64,000 nucleotides of DNA from Selaginella moellendorffii. Taxonomy: Eukaryota; Plantae; Lycopodiophyta. Position 1 is the stretch's first letter; every line of letters begins with the position of its first letter. The notes under the pieces were generated by a model. It was not told the DNA's origin and made no database searches. It saw nothing but the letters and a program-made list of their open reading frames with translations. Shown piece by piece: positions 11,436 to 23,410 of the stretch. Made by a program: the position numbers and the translations under genes. The stretch spans positions 4,986,360 through 5,050,359 of the forward strand of contig NW_003314261.1 in assembly GCF_000143415.4 (NCBI RefSeq). The letters run 5' to 3'.

Positions 11436-13204
11436 ATGGGAGAGGAGAGGATAGATGGTGCCGAAGCAGGCAAGCGTGATGCCGATTCGGGTAGAAGGAA
11501 CTTCAGGTTGCATTTTGCTCTCATAGCGGTGCAAGCAGCATTCTCTGGCTTCGAGGTCCTGTCGAGGCTAGCGCTGGACCGTGGAGCTGGCAAGTTTTCC
11601 TTCAGCTTCTACAGAAACTGCGTGGCTTTCGTGGTGTTGGCGATTGCGTCTTTGCTCCTGGAAAGGTTGGCAGAAAAAGCTTTGCCTTTCTCTGCGTGCT
11701 AGCTAACACTTTGTGCAGGAAGAAACTTGTGCCTTTAACGCTGGCGGCTGGGCTCAAGGTCTTCATGCTTGGATTGATAGGGTCGGTAACTTTCATCACC
11801 TTGACGATTTGTTATCTTTACTTGGATTTTTCAACAGGGTCACTATCAATCAGCTGTTGTACTTGACGGGACTTAGCTATACATCGGCAGTCTTTGCGTC
11901 GGCATTGAGAAATTGCATTCCAGTTTTCACCTTCTTGCTGGCTTTGGTTTCACGGTAATGTTGCAGCCTTTCGAGAGAAAATTGCTGATTAACTGGTTTT
12001 TTCTTTCTAGGAAGGAGAAACTGAATCTAAGAACGAGACACGGCCAGGCTAAGCTTCTCGGCTGTTCTCTTGGCGTGTGCGGTTCTGTTTTACTCTCGGT
12101 TTACAGGGGGCCAGTGTTGATCCGAAGTTCTTTGTCCTTGTTTCATGTCGATGGCTCACAACACTTTCGAGCGATAGATGTCACAAAGAAACAATATATA
12201 CAGTTTCTGAAGTTCATCCGGGTGGAGATGGCATCCTGGACACTCGGAGCAGTGTGCTTGATCGGCTCTTGTCTGTCGTTCTCTAGTTTTCTCATCCTCC
12301 AGGTAAGCGACTGTTTTTCTTAGTTCACCCTTAGTGACGGAAACTCTTACGTTGTTCAGGTTTCTGTCCTCGCCAAAAATCCTGCTCCCATTACCTTCGC
12401 TAGTTTTTGCTGCTTGTCAAGCCTGGTGCAGTTCCCACTGCTGGCCTTGGTGTTTGACCCGAAGCACTGGTCGAGCTGGAAAAGAATCTCTTCAAGTGAA
12501 GCTTTGAGCATCGGTTATGCGGTATGTCCTTGGAATCTTTATCTTAGTGATTCTCGTAATTTTTTGTCCTTGGTTTCCTTTCAGGGTGCTATAGCATCAG
12601 GCTTTGTGTCCGCTGTTCAGTCGTGGGGAGTTCATCGAGGAGGCCCGGTGGTGGTAGCTGCCTATCAGCCTCTAGAAACAGTCATAACAGCGTTTCTCGG
12701 CTTGATTTTTCTACGAGAGAGCTTGCACCTTGGAAGGTCAGAGACTTTGCTAGAGATTTGCTGCCAAGCCTAAAATCTTTCTCTTCTTCCAGCCTTATTG
12801 GTGCGCTAGTCGTAGTGACCGGCCTCTATCTCCTCATCTGGGGCCAAGAAAAGGAGCACCAGCTCGTTGCTTCCGATCAAAGCAACTTACCATTCTCGAT
12901 AACGAGAACCTTCGACATGCACAGCTCAAGCAGCAAGGTGTTTCCAGACAACGCGCCCTTCTCAATAACAAGATCATTCGACGCCTCAAACAATAGCTCG
13001 CGGAAGGTTTTCCCGGAGCCGCCGCTGACCACACTCTCGCGTCAAGATCAACCAGCTCTTGCGGAGATCACACCAGCAGTGACAGTGGCCGACATACTCG
13101 AAAACTCCAACAAGTGGAGAGTGTACACAGTAAACAATGCGTTCCAAGAAGCTGAAGAAGAAAATGTAAGCCATCGCGAGCGACCACTCTCGCAAGGACG
13201 ATAG
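11436..13204 (+). CDS. WAT1-related / UmamiT (nodulin MtN21, EamA) transporter, copy a
   Basis: HFALIAVQAAFSG, YRNCVA, NQLLYLTGLSYTSAVFASAL, GPVVVAAYQPLE and GLYLLIWG. Typical multi-exon structure. Confidence 0.92.
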
Positions 13205-13361
13205 AAGGTACTTTAGAGTCACATCCTTTTCCTTGTAAGTTCTATAACTTGGATATGATCGATGCAGATATAGAGACAACACAGCCAGCCAAAGTTTTGT
13301 CAACAAGAATTAAATTCGATCCAAAGGATTATATTGTACAGACCGGAGAGGAAGAACTTTC

Positions 13362-14709
13362 TCAGAGCGTGTTCTGGGCGATGGCCTTGCACAGCTCTTC
13401 CTCGTTGAAGAGCACCCTGTGCGATGCCCCCGCTCGCGTCATCGGGACCCTTACGTTCGGAGGAAGCGGTTGGGACTGCGAGCCTTGGAAGAGCGTGGCA
13501 GCGATTTGCCTCATGTCGGCCATGGAGTACCTCGGCTTGGGGAATTTCTCGGCATGCTTTGGAGCGTTTGGCGTCGTAGAGATGCCAACAGCTGCGAATT
13601 CGCTGAAGAAAGAAAGGTGGTGACGAGAAGTGAGTTTTTCAGAGATTTTGTATTCTCGATCATGACTTACTTCAAAAATGGCAGGGCCTGGCCCAGTTTC
13701 GCATCCGAAACCGTCTTATGGTCCTTGCCAGGTGTGGTGAAATTAAAATGACACTGTTTCGCGATCATTACCTGGAAAAACCACGAGAATTGGAGGAAAG
13801 AAAATCATTAGCTTTCGTGCAAAGAAAAGCAACAGTTACGTACCGCCTGGCGGAGCGATCGGCAGACGTGGAACACGGGCTTGAGCTGGTTGTGATCGAG
13901 ACGACAAACGATCCGGACCTGATGGAAACAAAAGCGTGATGACAAACAAAACAAAAAAACATTTTGGAACTTACCAACAACTCGGGCGGAAGAGTTTCCA
14001 CCGATGACGAAGAGCTGCTCGGCTGCGCAGTTCCAGTCCCAGCGTCCCGGGACTGTTCTTCATTACTACTCCGAGCGGCTGGTGCTGGAACTTCTTCCAC
14101 CACCATTGGAACAGCTTCGTTGGCGGCCGCCGGCTGGAGCGGTGGCAAGGCCAGGAACTTTGGAGCCAGGAGCTTCTTCCTCTGGAGGCAAGCCGGTCCC
14201 AGCCATCTGGGAGCTATCCCGGCGTGAGGAACTCTCTCGGGCGAGGCGCTTGCATGGCGGACTCCCCCATCGAAGAAGCGAGTGGAGCGCTCGGCGGCGT
14301 GGATGCCATCGCCCTCCGCCACCCTCTTACGTCCAGCCTTGTGCGCCGCGTCTCTCACCTTTGCCAGCGTCCCAGGCTTGAGATAGTTGTGGCGGCTCTT
14401 CCTCGGCGCCTGGCTCCTCGCCTTGCTACTCACCTCCGACGATGCGATCCCTCGCAGCCTCTTGTTGGCGTAGCTCTGATCCACCGGGAGCTCCACGCAC
14501 ACGAATTCGTCGTTTGGGCGATGGAAGGGCGAGGCGCGGGTCCTGGGCGGGCCGCCGCCGACACAGTTCTCCTTGTCTGAGAGCTTGCTGCTGCTGAGAG
14601 AGAGCAAAGAATCCGGCCTGCGAGGACGCGATCGCGCGGCGGCGGGGCTGGCATTGGGACTCGATGCTGCCGCGCGCTTCCTGTCAGACTCACCCAAGGC
14701 AATCCTCAT
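13362..14709 (-). CDS. F-box protein of the FBS (At4g35930-like) type
   Basis: YLKPGTLAKVRD, CLQRKKL, F-box ETLPPELL|VRIVCRLDH, IAKQCHFNFTTP, TPNAPKH and HRVLFNEEELCKAIAQNTL*. Confidence 0.85.
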
Positions 14710-16357
14710 CCTCTATCTCTCGCTCTCTGTGGAACCAGGAGAAAGCACACTGACTGACACAGCCGGGGAGAGCCTTGGATTTGGAACGACTAACGGAATG
14801 GAGAGGCGAGCGCCACGGACTCAGGCTGTGATCGTGGACAGGACCATGATTTTAGGGGAAAACAAGCAACGAGATAAGCAAAAAAGAAGCAATCCAGCTA
14901 CCTCTCTCGCGCGATGCGCCTCTGACCCTACGGGCCGGGGAGGATTCCAATGCGCGAGCAAGAATCGCCCGCCCAGGAGACGAAGAACCCTACCTGGGAT
15001 GGGGGCGAGGAGGAGGCTTTAGAGGGCTTCAAACTAAGCGAGGGAAATTTGTTCCTGCCACGTGCCACGCGCAGGACCGTTGGTTTCAGTGGCAGGCGAT
15101 CCGCGCCGTCCGTGGGGGCGCGCTTCTCTTTGAATTGCAGCGGGAGAGCTTTCCCGCCGCCAATTCTATTACTGATAATAAAAAATGAAACTACTATGCA
15201 ACAAAATCTTGATTTTGTTGCAGAGTTTATGATTTGGGAGAAAATTGTTGGTTTAATGTTGATATGATAGTTTAATCTCCTTTTGCCTGTATGAGGTTTT
15301 GAGCTTTCACTTTGACTAACGCAATGTTTTTATGACATTCCAGCTCCAAGAAGCTAGATGAATTAGAAGCACTCGCTAAATGTTCTTTGCCAAAGCTCAG
15401 AATCAGCCTGGCCAAAGGACATGTTCTTTGGCAGCAGTCATCCATTGTGAGAGAGGCAGTATAGCATATAGCATTTGTGCTTTGCAGACATTTAATTGAA
15501 ACATTTCTAAAGTGCATTTCAATGAGATGTAGTAGCAAAAATAAACTGAAAGTAAAAATACTAGCCACTTGGAACTTGGAAGTTGGAACCCGGCAACCAA
15601 CTCGCTGTGAATTTCTTTGTACTTGCTGAGCAGGCTGGAAGAAATTCCGATTTATGATCGAGAGCCCTGATCACAACATTCCAGATGCCTTTTGGAACCG
15701 GGAACTAGAAAAGCACTTATAGGCTTGCACGACCTCCTCGCACAGCCGCAGCTTTGTGCCAAAGCCATTTTTGTTCAAGTCTTTTCGCGTCCTTTGCTCT
15801 TTGCTTGTGAAACAGTTGGACATCTTGAACGAGTAGGAAGATTGGTTCTCCGGAGGTGAACTATGAGCATTAAGCTGAGCACGAAACGATCAGAACCCAT
15901 CCTCCACCAGTATGAAATACCTCCGATACCTTTTGGGCCTCAGGTAGAAAAACGAGCGCTCGATCCCGATCGTGAGAAACTGGAACACAAAACCCTGAAG
16001 CTAGTAACCTCGAGAATACACTACTCCAATGAGAACTTGGATCTCTCCATGGAAACATGAATTTATCGAGCAGGAAATTGCAGCCTAAAACCAAATATAT
16101 AGCTCTTCGTTTGCCGGAGTTTTCTCCTGGTACCCAGATTATCACACAGGCAATCTTTGAGAAAAACAAAGTACCGGCGATGCGATTGTTTCTAATGCCT
16201 CAGGTGATCTGTGCCGTCCGTGCGGCGGCTTCTACCACCCATTATATTGGATAGAAATGTGAATTAAAATGGAAATCTATAAATACCACCTTTAGCTATA
16301 ATTAAAAAACAAAGAGGAAACCCCTTTACTGCCTGTCTGCATGCAACAAAAGATCCT

Positions 16358-18015
16358 ATGGATTTGGGAGGAAATCGTTCGCCACCACCATCCTCGAAGA
16401 ATTGTTTGAGATGCAATTCAATCTCCTGGAAATCGGTATTGCTACACAATCTTGCCGTTGATTCGTCAATTCCTCTGTTTGTTCCAGGCAAGATTGCATT
16501 GCGCGTTGATTCTTGCTCAAGCGGGCTTTGCTGGTTTCGAGATTTTGTCCCGAATCACTTTGGATCAAGGTGCCGGAAAGTTTGCATTCTCGTTCTATAG
16601 AAATTGTGTTGCAATGGTAGTTCTTGCGATTGGTGCTTACCTCTTCGAGCGCAGGTATGGTTTCTATGTATCGATTTCAAAACCATCCTGTGAATGTAGG
16701 AAGTGGAGAACGCTCACTTTGGTAGTGACAATCAACCTCTTTTTCTTAAGTTTGGCCGGGTAGGCTTTGCAGGGAAGATTCTGAGCCTAATTGACTTTAT
16801 AATTTCTGAATGGTTACAGGGTTACACTCAACCAAGTCCTTTATCTTGCTGGACTGGAGTACACCTCTCCTGTTTTTGCATCAGCAATGAGGAATACAAC
16901 ACCAGTTCTCACATTTATACTTGCATGGATTTTCCGGTGGGTAATGTTTTTAATTCCAAGTTACTTTGGTGCCGAAGTTTACATTGTATTATAGGTTGGA
17001 AGTTGTAAGACTTAAAAGAGTTGATGGTGTGGCAAAGGTTATTGGGTGTTTGCTTGGGATTTTGGGATCTATTTTTCTGTCAGTCTATAGAGGTCCTATT
17101 GTTATTCAAAGCACATTTAAATTTCCAAATGTGAAGGAGAAAGGAGATAAGGGATTTTATAAACAAGTACATATTCAGTTTATTGGTTTGCTGGATGATA
17201 TGGTACCTGCAAAAACTATTGGCTCTATTTATTTAATACTTTCATGTTTAGCATTTTCAGTATTTTTGATTTTTCAGGTAAGTAATTTTTAAAAAAATTT
17301 ATATTCTAATTATTATCTATTACTACAGGCAAAACTTTTATTGAAATTTGAAGCTCCAATATCTTGTGCTGCATTTATGTGTTTATTCAGCACAACACAA
17401 TTTTCATCATTGTTTTTCCTATTTGAACCCGAAAACTCAAAATGGAAAATTACAAAATCTGAAATTATTAGTATTTTTTATTCGGTAAGATTTTCTTATT
17501 ATTATATATTATTTACATATATTTTATTTATGTTTTTAGGGATTTATAGCATCAGGTTTTGTTTCTGGGGTTCAATCATGGGCAATACATCAAGGAGGAC
17601 CTGTTATTGTATCTACTTATCAACCATTAGAAACAACAATAACAGCAATACTTGGATTTTTTTTCCTTAAAGAAACACTTTATATGGGAAGGTAAATAAT
17701 GATTTTAACTTTCTAAACTTAAATTTGTTACAGTATATTAGGAGGTATTATTGTAATACTTGGTCTTTATATGTTAATATGGGGACAATCACAACATCAT
17801 AAATATTTGAAGCAGATTTCAAGTGTTCAAGAGAGTCAACAAAATATTGAATTACAAGAACCATCATCACAACAATCATCAATTGATTTTACGTAAGTTA
17901 TCTATTTAGATTGTTATTTTCTATAATATTATGATTTTGTAGTGAGCAAGTACAAGAACAAGCACAAGCACGGCATTCTATCATCTCAATAGGTCCTATT
18001 ATACCAATATCATAG
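16358..18015 (+). CDS. WAT1-related / UmamiT transporter, copy b (AT-rich 3' half)
   Basis: Same core exon structure and motifs as copy a: GAGKFAFSFYRNCVA, LSVYRGP, GPVIVSTYQPLE, GLYMLIWGQ. Exons are open. Confidence 0.88.
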
Positions 18016-18726
18016 CATATAAATAATGAACTTTATAATTTCATTAAAGAGTTTTGAAATGCTAGAAGTTTTTAAGGTGTCTATCTGAATTTTCAGGTAT
18101 AGAACACTTACCACTGGAAATATATGACGGCCAACCATACCCACTACCACCTTAGATACATATTCCTTAAAAAGGGAAATTCATCCTATTAAAAAATTGT
18201 AGAAAAATAAAAATAAAAATAAGAAACTACTACACGTTTGTGTGCATGATAACATTGAGAAACAAGTTCCCAGGCTGGCATAAGTTTGACATTGGAAGAA
18301 GCCACGCAGCCCCTCATTTATTTTACTACACAAGAAAGGAGGGGTTCCTCGAGAGCACAAAATCCTCCTCATCTTGTGCTCTCACGACTGAAAACGACGG
18401 CTCTTTTTCTACAGCCAAAGCTTTTGATTCAAAATTGCTCACGACGTGCATGAGAGGCCCTGCGGATATATATAAAATCGCATCAATAGCAAAGCTTGCA
18501 ATGCCGACTTACTTGCGCTTCGTAAGGGAGATACCGGCGTCTCTTTGATTGTGCAAACGGTCCATCCAACTTGGATCGCTCACGTAGTTCCTTTTTTACT
18601 TTGGTCGCTTTCCTGGAGCATATAAGCGACGCTGAGCTTGACTTGTTCCCGAGAGCGCAGGAACTTACAGTTTTGCGATCATCATCCTTTCTTCGACGCT
18701 CCTGTTGCGTGGTCAATCGGGAGAAA

Positions 18727-20017
18727 ATGGAGAGAATCAAAGGATCTACTTGCCTGGTCTTGATGCTTGTCGCCGTGATAATGGTTGATCTGTGCCAAGC
18801 CCAGCTCTCCACCACTTTCTACTCCAAATCCTGCCCGAGAGTAAAGGCTATTGTCAAGGACGCAATGCAGAAGAAGTTCAGCGAGACCAGAGTTGTAGCC
18901 GCTGGAACACTCCGACTTTTCTTCCACGATTGCATGATAGAGGTCTGCTCCCAATTTCCAGTTCCTGGATTGTTCCTCTCAGCCCCGATTGTTCCTCCAC
19001 TTGAATTTCCCAAGCTTTGCCTGCTGAATTGTTTAATTGCCGATAGCTGACCACAACTCCTGTCCAGGGATGCGATGGTTCAGTCATAATTGCCTCTACG
19101 AACACGAACAAAGCCGAGAAGGACGCAGACGACAATCTTTCGCTTCCTGGAGATGCCTTCGACGCTGTTTTCAGAGCTAAAGCCGCAGTCGAGAAGCAAT
19201 GCCCGAACACAGTCTCCTGTGCTGACATCCTCACCATGGCCACCAGCGAACTTCTCCAGCTCGTAAGCATCAATCGATAAGTATACCGGCATCGCCTCAC
19301 TGACACTTTCCCCTGTGCTTCAAAGATTGGAGGACGCGGCTGGGATGTAAGGCTTGGAAGAAAAGACGGCAGAGTGTCACTAGCTTCGAGAGTTCCCGGG
19401 AATTTGCCGAACGTAAACATGTCAGTTGCTCAGCTCACTTCATTCTTTAAAACTCGAGGATTCAGCCAAAGAGAATTGGTCGTCTTGTCCGGTAAGTTTT
19501 TGAAAACCGCCCCTGTGACCCTGTTAAATTCCCCTGTCCCGTGTTACGCATCTTCGATCATGCCTGTTCCTGATTTTCCTGTTCCTCCTTGTTTCCCTGA
19601 CCAATTTTCCTCCACTGAGCAGGAGGCCACAGTGCTGGTTTTGCTCACTGCAACAAGTTCATGGACCGGATTTATGGCAGAATTGATCCAACCATGGATA
19701 CCGGTTACGCCAGGGGTCTCAGAGGTACATGTCCCCAAAGGAATCTGGACCCGACTGTCGTTGCCAATCTCGACACCACCACTTCCACCACGTTTGACAA
19801 TGTCTTCTACCAAAACCTCAAGAGCAAAAAGGGCCTTCTCCGCTCCGATCAAGTGCTATACACCGACCCGAACACTAAGAAAGTCGTGGACTCGTTTGCC
19901 TCCGACAACACTGCCTTTCTCATTGAGTTCGCCGCGGTCATGGACAAGTTGAGTGCCTTCAAGGTAAAGACAGGCTCTCAAGGTGAAATCCGGAAAAACT
20001 GCGGGGTGATCAATTAG
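18727..20017 (+). CDS. Class III secretory peroxidase (4 exons)
   Basis: Signal peptide, then [56 protein letters not shown] and GEIRKNC. Three introns at canonical positions. Confidence 0.95.
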
Positions 20018-20275
20018 TGGTACTGTCCAAAACTATGTACGGGGAAAATAATACCTGGATGATTTTTTTTTTATCTAGACAAGTTGATAATAACACTCGG
20101 TTCGCTTCTGTAACTTTCAGGTCATTAATCTGGAAGAAAAAGAAGAAAAAGAATCACTTAGCTCATATCCCATCGAATAGAAGCTTGTTCGCACGTGGTC
20201 AGGAGCGATTCCGTGTTCACAAACCGCCATCTCTCGTTGGTCGCTAGTCTTTCTCAAGACTACAGCTACGATTGT

Positions 20276-21675
20276 TCAGATCCTCTGGAAAAAATTCTCT
20301 CCACGCAAAGCTTATCTGGAGAGTTGACTTAAAATCATAAAGTAGCGAACGGGAAAAAAGACATACAGATCGCTATCACCTACACGACTGATCGAGACAA
20401 ATGACGCTGGAAACTGGAGACCGAGACCCTCGCCATTGAAGAAGCAAGCACCGCGATTAAGATCCAAAGATCTAGCACACAGCACATAAACGCAGACACG
20501 CACGACGACCCACCACCGCAGAGACGTGTACATTTGTGAGAGATACTTCTGGAAAAAATGACTCTTTCCATACCGACATTTTGAAGAAAAACAGATCAAT
20601 AGATGCCTAGCAATCAGCAACCATGTGCCTTCCATCCGCGTTCCTGGAGGAAGCAAACCAAACTGTAAACAAGCCGGGGAGAAACGCAACGGCGCAAAGT
20701 CCAAAACAGAAGAAACAAAACATACTTGTCGTGAATGTGGCCTCTTTTTTCGATCCATCTCGACCTTCTGCTTCTTCTCGTCCATCTCTGCCTTCCGGAG
20801 GCTTGGCCTGTATAGAAGGAGTACGTGACCGATCTTACCAACGACTTGGGCCTCTAAACCGTGCTCCAAGTCCAGCATAACTTGGCTTATATGTGTCGGA
20901 CAATTGTCAAGGACCCTCACCTACAGTTATAAAAGCAGAGAAATGTGGTTGTCCATTGCAGAAAAAAAAGAAAGTATGGCAAACCTTCATAAGTTCGTTC
21001 TTCTCCAGAGCGTCGCCCAAACACTTGAGTGAGTTAGGAGTAACTCCCCACTTCCCTACCTGCACGAAAGCAAAGCGTTTCACAGTGAAGGAAAAAAAAA
21101 AAAAAAAAACTATATCTCAAGCAAAACAAAAAGCTTACGTGATGAAGCGCAATGGATTTTCCCAGCCGATGTGCATGTCCACGGAGCTCTTTCTTTTCTT
21201 TTTGACTCAATGGTGGAAATCTCGACTTCCATGGACCCGGTTTCTTCTTTTCGGTCCCAGTATCTTCGGCACTGATCCTTTTTATAATTTCCAACTCGCC
21301 CGGATCATCATCGTCATTGTCAGCAAATTTTTTTCTGGCTTCCAGAGAGTCACCCTCTTCTTCTTCTTCTTCTTCGTCATCATTTTCTTCCTCCTCTTCT
21401 TCGTCGAAATTCCCTTCTTCTTCGTCATCAAGCTCATCTTCCTCCTCGTCTTTTTCTTCTACTCGAAATATTTTCTCCTTCTTCGCCACAGCGCCAGTGC
21501 TCGCCATTCGCCGGAACGCCAAGCTCGACCATGCCGGAATGACCTGCTGCCGGGAGATTGATACCCTACACACCTGTGGCGGATAGATTCGAGCAGCGAG
21601 CCGATTGATCCTCCAAACCCGGCCCTTGAGCACTGGGAAGCACGTCGCGGCGACGCTGGATGCCACCTTCGCCAT
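20276..21675 (-). CDS. Single CRM (CRS1/YhbY) domain RNA-binding protein, organelle-targeted, with a long acidic tract
   Basis: Transit-like N-terminus, poly-E/D tract, LSQKEKKELRGHAHRLGK, VGKWGVT..ALEKNELMK, VRVLDNCP and IGHVLLLYRPS. The last exon is uncertain. Confidence 0.8.
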
Positions 21676-21853
21676 CGCTGCTGGCAATGTGGCTCCTCCT
21701 CCTCCACTCCGGCTCCAAATCATCCCTGCATTGGGAGGGAAAACGCTAAAACCCTGGAAGGGCTCAATTAGGGCGCCTGGGGATCTTTATATTTTAGGGC
21801 TCCTCCCTGGAACCCTAAAAAACAGGGATCTTTTTCTCTTCGTGTTTTCCGCC

Positions 21854-22690
21854 ATGGCATTGGGACTCGTTGCTCGGGCGGCGCTCCTCGTTTCTACTCT
21901 GGGTGCGCTGGCTTTCATCCTGGGGATCATGGCCGAGAACAAGAAGGTATTGTGAAATTGCGTGATTCTTAGCTCTAGGCATTGAAATTCCGGCTTGATT
22001 TGCAGCCCGAAAGCGTGGCAAGCACGACAGTGAACGGCATCACGATCTGCCATTACCCTAGCGATGCGAGCATCTCGCTGGGAGCCGCGGCAGTGGCGGT
22101 GCTCTTCGTCACGACCTGCGTAGCTCTCGTTGCCTTGTTCTTTCCCTACGACGGGAAGCACATTCCTCACGGTGTTCTCTGGAAGAACGCCGCGTTTACA
22201 ACATTCTTCGTGCTCAGCCTGTAAGTTCCTCTTCATTCCTGTCCTCTTTCCTTGTTCATTCAGGTAGAAGTGGCAGAATCCGCGGATCTCATGGACTTAT
22301 AGTTCATTTCTTCGTTCTTTTGTTGTCAGATCTTTTATAGAGTTCCTAGTTTGAAGGATCTCATGAAAGCTCGTTTTTTTGTTTCGCAGAGCTGTCTATC
22401 TCACGGCCGAGGGGCTCCTGCTGTGGACTACGATCAGCGAGAGCATGCATCACAAGCAAAACAAGCACTATCACTTGGCAGCCGACGGGTGCCCGACGGC
22501 AAAGACTGGCCTTTTCGGTGGAGCGGCGTTTTTGGCTCTGGACAGCACCCTCTTCTGGCTCATTTGTCTCATGCTCCTGGGAAACGCTCGCGAGGATCAC
22601 TTCGGGATGGAGGATGAGGCCTCCATGAAGGGAATCTACGCGGAAATCCCTCACGACTCCACCGTCATCCCTCCCGCGAACAAGGTCTGA
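21854..22690 (+). CDS. DUF1218 membrane protein (3 exons)
   Basis: LGALAFILGIMAENKK|P, ICHYPSD, FFPYDGK and CPTAKTGLFGGAAFLALD. Confidence 0.88.
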
Positions 22691-23410
22691 TCTGAAACAG
22701 CGAAGTTTTACCCTGGCCTCCCGCAAGTATCTTCCCTCCTGAAAGTAGGCCAGTTATGGAATATACAACCATTGACAGACTGCTTACCATTCTCTCTTGA
22801 GCGTTGTCGCATTTGCTTTGTTTTTATGTTTGATTCTCATTCTCTTTTGGCTGGCTTTGTTTTGCAATGTCGTTGAGCGCGATCAAGAGAATCAAGAGGT
22901 AAATGCTCTCCTTGGTTAAGTTTGTTGACCAAAACTTGTTTTTTGTAGGTACAGATGTGACAAGCCAAGCGTCACTCACTCACGAGATTGGATTTTCTGT
23001 CCATCCCTCTTTCTTTTTCCGTTGCAGAGAGATGGACCTATATAGTGAACACATCATCACCGGCGCATATTGAGAAGTTCCATCGATATGAAGGTGATGG
23101 TTGTAGTTTCAAGTTCCAGCTATTGAAGGTTTAACCGAAGCGGTACAAGAATTTCTTCAATCATCTCGCAGCTCAACGAAGCGGACGAAGCGGTGCAACC
23201 GCAGCAGCATTCAGTACTTTCGATTCTTACCATCAATGCGGGGATCGTGAGGAGCATTGGAGTGTCAACCACTATTTACTTCTCCGGAATATTTTTGGAG
23301 TTATCAGAGAAGATCCTTCTCCTTGCTGGAGTAGAGCAGAGGTCGCTGGCCTGGCGTTTATAGCGCGCCGGTCTTTCTTCCAATCCAGCGGAACAACGGA
23401 AGCTGGAGCT

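Noticed and set aside
23050-23175. Two short hairpins resembling an H/ACA snoRNA or pre-miRNA
   Set aside because: Stems are short and bulged, there is no ACA box, and no known miRNA was recognised.
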